DNA of 63,714 nucleotides, the filler included, from Reclinomonas americana ATCC 50394 (lineage: Eukaryota), in assembly GCA_048213135.1 (NCBI GenBank). It is 4 parts of 2 records of this genome, joined end to end, with 100 filler letters (N's around TTAATTAATTAA, not from the genome) between each part and the next. Parts side by side here need not be neighbours in the genome. Positions count along the whole stretch, not along the records: positions 26,540 to 47,548 come from PS015364.1; positions 47,649 to 59,301 come from PS015364.1; 2 more parts are not named here. One strand, written 5' to 3'. Below are positions 39,574 to 51,525 of the stretch, piece after piece (positions within the stretch are counted from its first letter, which is position 1; each line of letters starts with the position of its first letter). The notes under the pieces were generated by a model, which was not told the DNA's origin, ran no database searches, and saw only the letters and a program-made list of their open reading frames with translations. The translations under genes were made by a program, and so were the position numbers.

Positions 39574-42500
39574 ATGTTGTCGTCTGTGGGTGGTGTGTTG
39601 TCGCTGTTGCGCGAGCGGGATGCGCGTGTGCGCTCGTATGCGCTGTCGGTGTTGAGCAAGTTGGTCGATGGCTACTGGAGTGAGATTGCTGGCGCTCTTG
39701 ACTCGCTGTTGCGTCTGCTGTGTGTGAGGTTGTGTGAGTGAGTGAGTGAGTGAGTGAGAGAGACGCGCAGTGAGCAACTTTGTGTGTGAGCGTGTTTTGT
39801 GAAGTTTGTGAGAAGAATTGTGTGTGTTCGGCGTGCTGGTTGTTGAGCAGTTGTCTCTCCCCTCGCTGTGTGTGCTTCCTCTGCGTCTGTTGCTGTGTGG
39901 TGCGCGTCTTTTGTGTGCGTGTGTGCGTGCTTGTGTGTGCGACCATTTCACGCACAAAGACAACACGCACTGCGTCTCCATTTGGCACTCTTCTCTCTCT
40001 TCTCTCTCTCTGTCACGCACCGCACGCGCCTGCACCAGAAGAACAAGACCGCGCACTGGTGAGACAACGGATTTGAGGTCTGACATGTCCTTTGTGTCTC
40101 GCTCTTTTCCAGCATTGTGCTCAGCGAAGACGAGAGCTTTGCGGACCGCGGCCTTGCTGCGCTGGTGGCCTCACGTGTGGCCTACCACCTCGGCAACCTC
40201 GACGTGGCTCTGCAGTACTCACTGGCCGCCGGCGAGCTCTTCAACTTGACCGAGCGCAGCGAGTACACTATCACACTGATTGGTGCGCGCCCTCTCTCTT
40301 CTCCCTCTCTCACTCCCTCGCTGCCACTGATGATGATTGTGTGCATGTGACAGGCTACTGCGTGGACCGCTACGTGTTGGTGCAGACGCACAACTTCAAC
40401 GTGCGCCACGGTGACGTGCAGGATGGCAAGCTGGAGCCGGTGGATTCGCGCATGGAGGCTGTGGTGGAGCGCCTGTTTGAGCGGTGCTTTGCCGAGGGTG
40501 ACTTCAACCAGGTGTTGGGTGTGGCGCTCGAGTCGCGCCGTCTCGACTGGGTCGTCAAGTGCCTGCGCGAGAACATGCGTGAGGTGTCGGTGGCTTCGGC
40601 CTCGTCCATGGACGTGGATCACCCGGAGGTGCAGGCCCGCAACGCCATGCTGCAGCACACGTTCGAGCTGGCGACGTCGCTGCCGCTCGGCACGCGCTTC
40701 AAGGAGACCGTGCTGCGTCTGCTCGTCGACGAGTACAAGTCGCAGGCCAACCCGGATTACCTCGGCATGGTGTGTGTTTGCCTGCTCTACAACGCTACTC
40801 CTCTTTGTTGTCTATTAACACCCTTCTCTCTCTCTCTCCTCGCTTGCAGGCCCGCTGCTTCACATTCTTGGACGACCCCGACAGCCTCGCCGAGATCATC
40901 TTCACCTTGGCGACGCAGCGCGATCACCTGGTCGCCTTCCAAATCTCCTTTGATCTGGCCGACTCGGCGCCCCAGCACTACATCAACCGTCTGGTGGCCG
41001 TCGTGCAGCAGTTGCAGGAGGAGGCCATGAAACCGCAGCGCGAGAAGGAGCGCCGCTTGGCCGAGAAGCGCGCGGCCATGCCTGGTGGAGTTGCGTGATT
41101 TTCGTCACCCGGCTTTTTGTTTGTGCTCGTGGATCTCATCGCGTGCTGCAGGAGGGCGCCAGTGCGAGCTCGCCGACCGCCACCACGGGCAGCGGCGACA
41201 AGCGCATCGACAAGGTGCTGGAGATCCTGTCGGGCCTGCCGTCGATCGAGCTCTACCTCGACTTCCTGTACCGCAACAACAAGGCCGACTTGCTGATTCT
41301 GAAGAGGATCAAGGAGTCGTTCAACGAGCGCAACTCGATTCTGCACAATGCCACCGTCATGTGCAACGGTCTGATGCATGCCGGCACCTCGGTCGACAAG
41401 TTCTGGAAGGACAATGTCGAGTGGTTGAAGAAGGCCAACAACTGGGCCAAGTTCACCGCCACCGCCTCGCTCGGTGTGATCCACAAGGTGTGTGCGGGAG
41501 AGGGGAACGAGAGTAAGTGACGCGCGTTGCACGTAACTCATTGGTGATGTGTGGTCGTGCAGGGTCAAGTGAAGCGCTCGCGCGAGATCATGGCCGACCA
41601 CATGCCGCACCATGGCGCCTGGGGCCAACAGCCGTACTCGGAGGGTGGCGCGCTGTACGCCCTCGGACTGATCCACTCGGATCACGGCGAGGACATGATT
41701 CCGTTCCTGGAGGACGCCATGACGCAGTCGCAGGCCAACCCCGTCATTCAGCACGGTGGCTGCCTCGGTCTCGGCCTCACCGCCATCGCCTCCGGCAATC
41801 GCCAGGTGTGCGAGCGCCTCATGACGGTGCTCGTCAGCGACGATGCTGTCGCCGGCGAGGGTGCCGGCATGGCTCTCGGTTCGTTCTCCCTCTCACACAC
41901 ACACGCACGTGTTGTTCGATTTGACCACACTGAGAGCTCACTCTGTTCTGTGTGGCGATCACAGGCATGGTGATGCTCGGCTCTCTGGACAATGAGACGC
42001 TGACTGCCATGTTCCGCCGCGCCGTGCAGTCGTCGCACGAGAAGGTCACCCGTGGCTTCGCCGTCGGCATGTCCATGGTGCTTTACGGCACGCAGGATCG
42101 CGCCGACATGTGGATCCAGCAGATGACGTCGGCCAAGGTTTCGTTTGTCTCTGTCTAATGCCATTGTCTGCATTTTTCTGACATGCGAGGCTGTGTGCAG
42201 GACCCGCTGCTGCGCTACGGCGCCATGTTCGCGATTGGTATGGCGTACGCCGGCACCGCCTCGAACGACGCCATTCGCCAGCTGCTGCATTACTCGGTGG
42301 CTGATGTGTCGGACGATGTGCGCCGTGTGGCCGTCATCAACCTCGGCTTTGTGCTGTGCCAAGTGAGTGTGTGTGTGTGTGGGCATGTCAACTGTCTCCC
42401 TTTCGTGTTGCTAATGGTGGTTTCGTGTGCAGGATCCGGACCAGTGCCCAAAGGTCGTGCGCCTTCTCTCCGAGTCGTACAATCCGCACCTGCGTTACGG

Positions 42501-44412
42501 TTCGACTCTGGCCGTCGGCATTGCGTGCGCCGGCACCGCCTCCAAGGAGGCCATTGCGGTGCTCGAGCCGCTGACCAAGGACAGCGTGGACTACGTGCGA
42601 CAGGTGTGTGCACTCTAGTTGCTTCATTATCACGCGGGCGTCGTGGAGTTTCTGACTCTGGTGTGCGTGTGCGTTACGCAGGGTGCCATGATCGCTCTGG
42701 CCATGATCCTCATGCAGACGAACGAGGTGCAGGAGCCGAAGGTCAAGAGCGTGCGCGACCTGTTCGTCTCCACGATCAGCGACAAGCACGAGGAGGTGAT
42801 GGCCAAGGTCGGCGCCGTCCTCGCCTCGGGCATCATTGACGCTGGCGGCCGCAACTGCACCATCTCGCTGGTCAACCAGGGCCACAACTCGATGCGCGGC
42901 ATTGGTGAGACCAACACGGAAGCGTGATCTCCGACTTGCCCCCACCCGTGCTCACTTGTCTTCTGCCACACAGTCGGCATGGCCGTCTTCTGCCAGTACT
43001 GGTTCTGGTACCCGTTCGTGCACTTCCTCAGCTTGGCCTTCAAGCCGACGGCACTGATTGGCCTGAACGAGGACCTGAAGATGCCCAAGGCCGATTTCGA
43101 CTCGCTGGCGCGTCCGTCGCTCTTTGCGTNNNNNNNNNNNNNNNNNNNNNNNNNNNNNNNNNNNNNNNNNNNNNNNNNNNNNNNNNNNNNNNNNNNNNNN
43201 NNNNNNNNNNNNNNNNNNNNNNNNNNNNNNNNNNNNNNNNNNNNNNNNNNNNNNNNNNNNNNNNNNNNNNNNNNNNNNNNNNNNNNNNNNNNNNNNNNNN
43301 NNNNNNNNNNNNNNNNNNNNNNNNNNNNNNNNNNNNNNNNNNNNNNNNNNNNNNNNNNNNNNNNNNNNNNNNNNNNNNNNNNNNNNNNNNNNNNNNNNNN
43401 NNNNNNNNNNNNNNNNNNNNNNNNNNNNNNNNNNNNNNNNNNNNNNNNNNNNNNNNNNNNNNNNNAGGTAGCGTCCGTTCGGGCGGAAGCGGATGAAGCG
43501 CTGCTGCGTCTTGGTGACACGCGCCGGGTTGTGCAGCGTCTCGCGGTTGGCCTCTGGAGCCGGGGCCGGCGGCGGCATCGAACCATCAGCTCCGTCGGCG
43601 GCGGCAACACCAGAGCCCTCGCCACCAGCGGCACCCGAGCCCGACGCCTCACCAGCCGGAGTCGGCGGCTCGTCCACATCCATGGCCGACAGGGAGGCCA
43701 CCGAGCCGCCCGTGCGCAGTGCCTTCTCGCGAGCCTTGCGCTCCTCGCGCTTCTTGGCCTTGGCCGTCGTCGACAGCACGGCCTTGACGACCTGCTTCGG
43801 GCCCTCCTTGGTCTCCTCAACCAGCGGCGGCGGGTNNNNNNNNNNNNNNNNNNNNNNNNNNNNNNNNNNNNNNNNNNNNNNNNNNNNNNNNNNNNNNNNN
43901 NNNNNNNNNNNNNNNNNNNNNNNNNNNNNNNNNNNNNNNNNNNNNNNNNNNNNNNNNNNNNNNNNNNNNNNNNNNNNNNNNNNNNNNNNNNNNNNNNNNN
44001 NNNNNNNNNNNNNNNNNNNNNNNNNNNNNNNNNNNNNNNNNNNNNNNNNNNNNNNNNNNNNNNNNNNNNNNNNNNNNNNNNNNNNNNNNNNNNNNNNNNN
44101 NNNNNNNNNNNNNNNNNNNNNNNNNNNNNNNNNNNNNNNNNNNNNNNNNNNNNNNNNNNNNNNNNNNNNNNNNNNNNNNNNNNNNNNNNNNGCCAGTCAC
44201 CGGCGATCACGTCATGGGCATTGTTGTCATGCGCAGCACGCAGGCCGACCAGGCTGAGGAGTTCGTGACGCCGGCGCCGTTTGACCGTGCTGGTGTGTTT
44301 TCACTATGCTTTGCTTCTCCGTGCCGGTTCGTCGTCGTGTGACTCACGAATCTGTGCTGCAGACTTCTTTGACGACGAGCCGCAGCCGCCGCAGCCGTTC
44401 GCGTGGCCGTAG
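39574..44412 (+). CDS. PSMD1: 26S proteasome regulatory subunit Rpn2
   Basis: [78 protein letters not shown]; ends [11 protein letters not shown]. Confidence 0.97.
43466..43835 (-). CDS. PSMD1: Rpn2 C-terminal exon on an inverted gap-flanked contig
   Basis: [14 protein letters not shown]...[19 protein letters not shown]...RY is Rpn2 C-terminal sequence. Confidence 0.88.
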
Positions 44413-44499
44413 AGAGCCAGAAAAACAACACTACCCGACTCGTGTTGAGAGTGAATCGACTACTGTGGATGCTGTCAGATGCACGAGCGTGTCGTTGTA

Positions 44500-47400
44500 T
44501 TATCTGGGCGCTTCACCGAGCACCATGTCGGCAAGTTGTAGAGCATCCTCAATCGCCGCACCGTAACTGCCGTCGGCGCAATTCGTACGGATTCTCCTGG
44601 CGCATGTGGTCACCGACTGCAGCTGCTTGAACGGCGTTGTCTGTCGACGAGCATCCACAGCATCGGCGGTCGCTAGTCGGTGCCAGAATTGATGACCTTT
44701 GCCAGCAGAGTTGAGGGGAAGTAACAGAAACAGAGGTGCCACATTGGAGTGCGCGTGGGCGACGCAACAAAAGGCGGCCGACAGTGGTCGTGGTGGTGCG
44801 TCGTCATCGCCCTCCAATTGCATGCAAAAGGAGGACGGATATGTCATCAGCAGCAGTGGCGTCAACCATGCCTCCATCGCGTCACCGACGAGCCCGATAG
44901 CATGCAGGATGGCCGACTGCAGCTGCATGAGCGTCGCCAGAGACTTGCGTTGGCCGGTGCGCGCCTTGCGCTCGGCCACCAGCTGCAACAACTCGTGTCC
45001 GCGACTCGAAATCTGCCGCCACGCGATGAATGAGTGAGTGCAAGCAATAAGAAAGCTCTGATCCTCTTCCCGACAGGCATACACACCGCTGCGGCTGCAT
45101 CGTAGAGGCACACGAGGTCCTGTCGCACGAGGTTGAGCATCGACAGCTGCTCGTCGCACACGTCGGTGAACGACGACAATTCTGTTCGCGAATCGTGCAC
45201 ACTCGACACTAGCAGAGCCTCGGCTCGATCTGCACCGCAAAACTGGCCTCAGTTCAGGACAGGCGGCTACTTGCAGGCATGCAATCCTCACCAAATGTGG
45301 ACGGTGAAGCCAAAAACTCCTCCACCCGATGCCGCCGCCGATCGCCAAGGACAGTTCGTGCATGCGCGAGTCGCTGTGCGACTCCATCGGCGTCGCTCTC
45401 CCCGGCAGGCAACACAGAGTCGTCAGCGGCAGCCGCCGACGCCTTGGCAACCACAAACCCTCCGCGGCGACCAAAGATGCATCGGAAGCCACTCATTTCC
45501 TGCACACGCGACAGCAGCGCATCACGCTCTTCGCGACGGCCTTCGTACTCGTCGTCACCGTCTGGGACTGGCAGCAGAAAGAGGTCTCGGTGCAAGATAT
45601 GGTGCACAGCTTGTCGCACTCGTTCAATCTCCTGGCGAGCCAGCGCCACAAAGCTAAACTGCGAGGTGTAGCTCGCAGTGTATCGCGACACGCTGTCCGT
45701 GAATGCAGTCCCTGTTTGGCGCACGAACACGAGAAAGTAAGGTGTATCAATCAAGGACAACTACATCTTGCAGCAAGCACGCACATGTCGGGGAATTGAT
45801 GGACCACTGTGCATCGACCGTCGGCGCGAGTCGCAAACACATGCCCGCCGCAATGGCAAACAGCCACTCGGCCACCAGCGGCACATTGGGGTCGGTGGGA
45901 AACACCTCGGCTGTGGTTCATCGAGTGAGTGAGGTGATTGAACAACACACGAAACACGGCATGCAACGATAGTCCACACCGTGTAGCACTCGCGCTCGTG
46001 CACGCATGCCCGACTCGTGCAGTGTCAGGTCGGTCAGCGACTCAAACAACTGGTGTCCAACGACTCTGCTCCCCCACGCGGTCCACGTCAGACACGATCG
46101 CACACCACGGCAGCTCAACCCAACCTCCACCGCAACTCTGCCACTCGATTCCATTGAGCGTGAATGGCGATGGCCTCCGGATCCTGCGACGCCTCCTCGA
46201 TGTGTGCAGTGTCCTCCTCCGTGGCACCCGCCGTCAGTGGCAGCAGGTTGCATTTCGGCGCCAGTGCGATGTCGAGCGTGGCGTACAGCACCTCCGACTC
46301 GGCGCACAACTTGACGCGCGGCAGGTCGTTCTCCAAAATGTACACACATCGCAAGGCGTGCTCCACCTGCGGCCACAACAACACAAGTGCCATGTACGCA
46401 TGCCCGCGCCTCAGTTCCTCGAATGCTCGGTTCCACACCGATGCGCGATCGGGCGGCACGAATCGCGATCGGTGCACCAAGTGGTGCCACACCGAGTGAC
46501 TGTGCACATACAGAATGTCAGTTCACGGCGGCGCGCACAATTGGTTCCACTACCACTACCACCGCCTGCGCACCCATCATCATCACCATCACTCGCTCGC
46601 TGAGAGAGCGCCTGCACGACATTGCTCGCCTCACGGCATGCCTGTGGCGACAGTTCACCGGCCACTGGTCGCATCCACGTGATTGTGCGACCAAGGTAGC
46701 GGAAACGTGATTGTGGTTCGCGAAAGTGCGTGCGAGCCACCGCCAGCACCAGACTCAAAAGGAGGAATGCGTAGCGCGGCGGGCACGACAACTCGTCGAC
46801 GGGGCTCACGGCGGGTGCGTAGTCTCCCGTGCTGATGAATCCATGCAGTATCACATTGCGCAGGTTCAGACCTGCAAGCACAGAAGGTATCAGCACTGTC
46901 GGTCGATGCAGCTGTCGTCACTTTCCCATACGACGCAACTGTACGGCGGACCCATGAGGCAGCGCACGAGTCGCACCACGCCGCGACCGACTCGCTGCTG
47001 CGCTCCCTCGTGCACCAGAATGTCCTTGAGCAGGTGCGGATACGCCGGCAGCTCAAATGGTGGCCGCGGGGCATCGTCGCCGACGGCAGACACAGGTGCT
47101 GCCGATGCACTGGACGATCCGCCCGAACCGCCGTCGCTGTCGGGAGATGGGGGCACGGCAGGCACATATTTTTTCGAGCCCTCAACCGCCGATCCGCCCG
47201 TGGCCGCCGCAGACGGCGCACAGTGATCCAGTGTGACACTCTCCACATACGCATCGCACAAGGCACGCTCCAGAATCGTGCACAGAAGCGCCGTGGCGGC
47301 AAACGAGTCGTGCGAGTCCAACAGCAGCCGCGCAGCTGTCTCGAACAGCTGTACTAGTACCACGATCAGGAACGCACGACAGAAGCACCACGTGCGTTCA

Positions 47401-47548
47401 ACGCACCAGATGCTGCGACAGCGACTCGTACAGCTCCGCATGCGCCTCGAGAAACGCCGGTGCATTCGGATACCGCTCAGCGACGAAAGCCTGACAAGCC
47501 TCGGCGGCTGCAGCCACAAACGCGGCGCACTCTGTCACATCCGCACGA
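44500..47548 (-). CDS. ERMARD: ERMARD/C6orf70-like (DUF4209) protein, 5' end missing
   Basis: ILERALCD, LLKDIL, LMGPP|GLNLRNVILHGF, LWPQVEHALRCVY, LCAESEVLYATLD. Confidence 0.8.
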
Positions 47549-47648
47549 NNNNNNNNNNNNNNNNNNNNNNNNNNNNNNNNNNNNNNNNNNNNTTAATTAA
47601 TTAANNNNNNNNNNNNNNNNNNNNNNNNNNNNNNNNNNNNNNNNNNNN
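47549..47648. other. Synthetic scaffold linker
   Basis: N44-TTAATTAATTAA-N44. Confidence 0.97.
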
Positions 47649-49836
47649 CTGCATCCATCATCGGAGCAGATTGCGCGCGTGGAGGCGCGCGAAGGACGAC
47701 AGCCGCCACCGCCACCGCCAGTGATGACCAGTGTACGCCACAATGTGTCATCTGCGCAGCCGTCGCCAGCACAAGCGCCTCCACCGCCACCGCCACAGCG
47801 TTCCTCGTTCTCCAAGTCGATCTCGTTCACGTCGTTGCCGAGCTCCGATGCCATGTCGCTGTCGCCACCGCCGTCGCCACGCTCGTCCGGGTCGACCACG
47901 GCTGCTGCCTCGGCCAGTGCGATTGGTGGGTCGTCGCCGGCGACGCCACCGCCACCGCCTGTCAGTGAGGAGGACGCGGCGGAGCGGAGAGCACGCGCGG
48001 AGCGCGTGCAGCGGCTGCTGGCCGACGAGAGGCCGCTGGTGGAGCGCACCAACGATGAGATCTTTGACTTGTTGGCCGAGGGAAAGGTGGCGCCGCATGC
48101 GCTGGAGAAAGAGCTGGCCGGTGATCTGACGCGGGCGGTGATGTTGCGTCGGCGACTGCTGATTTCACGTGTGCGCACTCACGAGAGCACGCTGGCCGGT
48201 CTGCCGGTGGAGGGTTTCGATTATGCGGCTGTGCTGGGTGCCTGCTGCGAGAATGTCATTGGGTGCGTGAAGGGGGAAGGGAAAGGCAGAGGAGGAGGAA
48301 GAAGATATTCGAAGTATCTCACATCTCTGTGCGCTGGTTAGCTTTGTGGGCCTCCCGTGTGGCGTCGCTGGTCCGCTGCTGCTGGACGGCGAGGAGATTC
48401 ACGTGCCGATGGCCACCACCGAGGGCTGTTTGGTGGCGTCGACGCATCGCGGTTGCAAGGCGATCACGTCGTCGGGTGGAGCACGTGCCGTGGTCATGGA
48501 CGACGGCATGACACGTGCGCCGGTGATGGTGTTCCCGTCGGCGGTGCGGGCGGCCGAAGTGAAACGCTGGGTCGAGTCGCAGGAGGGCGCGGAGGCACTC
48601 ACCGCCGCCTTTAATGCCACGTCGCGTTTTGCTCGACTCTCCGAGGTGTGTAGGGGAAGGAGAGGGAAAGGGGGAGGGGGGGCAAGGGGAGAAGGGGGGA
48701 GGGGGAAGGGGGGATGGGGAAAGGGACGAACGGGGAAAGGGGAAAAGGAGGGGAAGGGGAGAAGAGTGAAAGCGAGTTAAAGAGAGAGGGGAAGGATGAT
48801 GTTCAGGATGAGGATGGAGGCAGAAATGAAGAAGCAGGAGAGAAAAGAGAGAGAGGGGAAAGAAGGAGAGCCCCTTCTTTCCTTGTCTCACCACGCGATT
48901 CAGATGCGCGCAACGGTGGCCGGACGCAACCTCTTCATCCGTTTCCAGTGTCGCACCGGCGACGCTATGGGCATGAACATGATCACCAAGGGCGTGACAG
49001 AGTCGCTGCGGGCGCTCGCCGACATGTTCCCCGACGTGCGTCTGCTCAGCGTCTCCGGCAACCTGTGCACCGACAAGAAGCCGGCCGCTGTGAACTGGCT
49101 CGAGGGTCGTGGCAAGAGTGTGGTGGCCGAGGCCATTATCAAGAGCCGCGTGGTGGAGAGTGTGCTGAAGACGTCAGTGGACGCCATGGTGGAGCTGAAC
49201 ATTGCCAAGAATCTGATCGGCTCTGCCATGGCCGGCAGCATCGGCGGCTTCAACGCGCACGCCTCCAACATTGTAACGGCGATTTTCATTGCATGCGGGC
49301 AGGATGTGGCGCAGAATGTGGAGAGCTCCAACTGCATGACGCTGATGGAGAAGTTGCGTGAAGGGTTTGGCACGAGGGCGTGACATTGTCGCCTGTTGAA
49401 AACTCATGGTGTGGTGAGCAGAACGGACGAGGGCGACTTGCACATTTCGTGCACCATGCCGTCGATCGAGGTGGGCACAGTAGGTGGTGGCACGCACTTG
49501 CCGGCGCAGAGTGCGTGTCTCGCGCTGCTGAATGTGCGTGGAGCGCACCATTCGCGCCCCGGTGCCAATGCCCGGCGGCTGGCGCGCATCATTTGTGCCA
49601 CAGTCATGGCTGGCGAGTTGTCGCTGATGGCCGCGCTGGCAGGTGAGCAGGCAGAATAGTGTAAGGCGTCTCCGCTTTGTTCTCATTGTGTCGTGGCAGC
49701 GGGCGACCTGCTCAAGAGCCACATGAAGCTGAATCGGAGCTCCAGTCAACTCAGCCTCGTGTCGCTCGGCTCGTCGTACAGCCTGAGCACGGGCTCCACC
49801 GACGATGTGCCCGTGTGTGCGCCCGGTCGGACGTGA
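47649..49836 (+). CDS. HMGCR: Class I HMG-CoA reductase (5' partial)
   Basis: [54 protein letters not shown] and SHMKLNRS. Confidence 0.97.
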
Positions 49837-49889
49837 GGTCAATGTACAGAGTGAATATGGAAAGGATAACAACAATCTCCCCATCGTTT

Positions 49890-51210
49890 TCAATCCTCCT
49901 CATCGTCGTGGAACGCCAGCGTGAGCTCCTGTTGTGTGTCCTGATTGGTGGATGCCACGGTGTCTGCGGTGGCCACGGCCGGTGCCACAAACTGATAGCC
50001 GAAACAGACGCCCACCATAAGCACCAGGATGGCCAAGGCGGCGGCCAGCATGCGTGGCGAGCTGTACAAGTTGCTATTGTCGAAGAACGCCTGCCTCTCC
50101 ATCAGGCCGACGCAGGCGGTCAGCAGGCCCACAATCCATGTCACCGTGCCCATGTAGCGGTGAATGGGCTTGGGTGGAGGTTGAGTCAGCGAGTTGTTGT
50201 GGAAAGACAAGAGATCGAGTAAGACGCACCATGAGCTTGGCCTTCCACTGCAGTGTGGCATTCCGTCGAATCCAGTACGCGTAGAATCCCACCAAGAACT
50301 GCAGCGACAGCAGGCCCAGTGCGCACAGTCCGACCCACGAGTGCACGCTGTAAAAGTCGGCGTACGAAGCCGCACACTCGCCTGTGAAGACACGCAGTAA
50401 GCAGTTGCGCGAAGGGATAGGAAAATGTGCGATCGCTGACCTGTGGCAGGGTCCATCGACGGGCACTTGTGGTAGGCCAGCACAATCGCCAGCGCAATGA
50501 AGCCGGCAATCAGCGAGAACTGAGAGGGGTGAGCAAACACATTGAGAGAGAGAGAGAGGCAACGAGAAGCAGATGACGGTACGCACCAAGTTAAGAAACA
50601 TGTGCCACTTTTTCCTCCCTGCACGCACACAAGTCAGCACCACTCCAACTTGCGCGCGCGCTCTCACAAGATCCACGCAACGTAGTTTCATGCTGCCAGG
50701 CACCGTTTGCAAGTCCTCGCCCGTGCGATAGCTCGCCACAGCCAGCGTCATGGAAATCGGAAACGCCAACAGCATGAGCAGAACGTGCCAGCCGAACAGC
50801 GAGGGTGATCCATACGTGCCGAGACTAAAAGAGAGAGAGAGAGGGAGCGGGGGAGAGGGAGATGCGGGAAAGGGAGATGAGGGAAAGGGAGAAGAGGGAG
50901 GGAGAAGAGAGAGTTGTCAATGGTTGGACTCATGACTCGAGACACGAATGCAGAGCAGGCACGGTATGTGTGCGTGCGCGCGTGTGTGTGTGTGGAAAAG
51001 AGAGAGAGAGAACAGGAGTTGTGCGTGCATATCATCAGAAAAACGGATTTGAGGACTCATGTTGTCACTTGTCTCTGACTAAGAGCGACATACTCACACA
51101 CCAATGCAGCTCTACACCAGCTGCCACCGACACAGGCAGACACACACGCGCACACACCACGCAGAGAGGAGGAGGGGGACAACTCACTCAATTACTCACT
51201 CATTCTCTTT

Positions 51211-51249
<39 letters not shown>

Positions 51250-51412
51250 CTCACTCACACACGCACACACGCACACACACGCACTCACTCCACTCTCATC
51301 TTCCTCTCACTGACTCACTCACTCACCCGCCAAGATCGCGACCAATCCACGCAAACCCCGCAGCACCCAGCGCCACCAACGACGTATACCCAAGCAAACG
51401 CACTCTATTCAT
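49890..51412 (-). CDS. Cytochrome b561 family transmembrane protein
   Basis: TM1 followed by LFGWHVLLM, KKWHMFL, FYSVHSWVG and PIHRYMG (four heme His). Confidence 0.88.
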
Positions 51413-51525
51413 TCTCTCTCTCCCTCTCTGTCTCTCTCTCACACAACACAAAGCAAGTCTGTCGGAAAAATGCTCGCTTGTCCCCAACTGTCCAGTTACT
51501 CATTTGCGTGCGTGCGGAGGAGAGA

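Noticed and set aside
40066..40078. 13-mer AACGGATTTGAGG shared with 51042-51054
   Set aside because: Opposite orientation relative to the host genes, no extension, and short enough to be expected by chance in about 50 kb.
51030..51100. Possible intronic box C/D snoRNA
   Set aside because: Only a CTGA is present; no convincing C box, terminal stem or recognisable rRNA guide.
51412..51525. Cytochrome b561 start at 51503, only 22 bp from the HSP60 ATG
   Set aside because: An in-frame ATG at 51412 gives a complete TM1 without needing an extra purine-rich intron.
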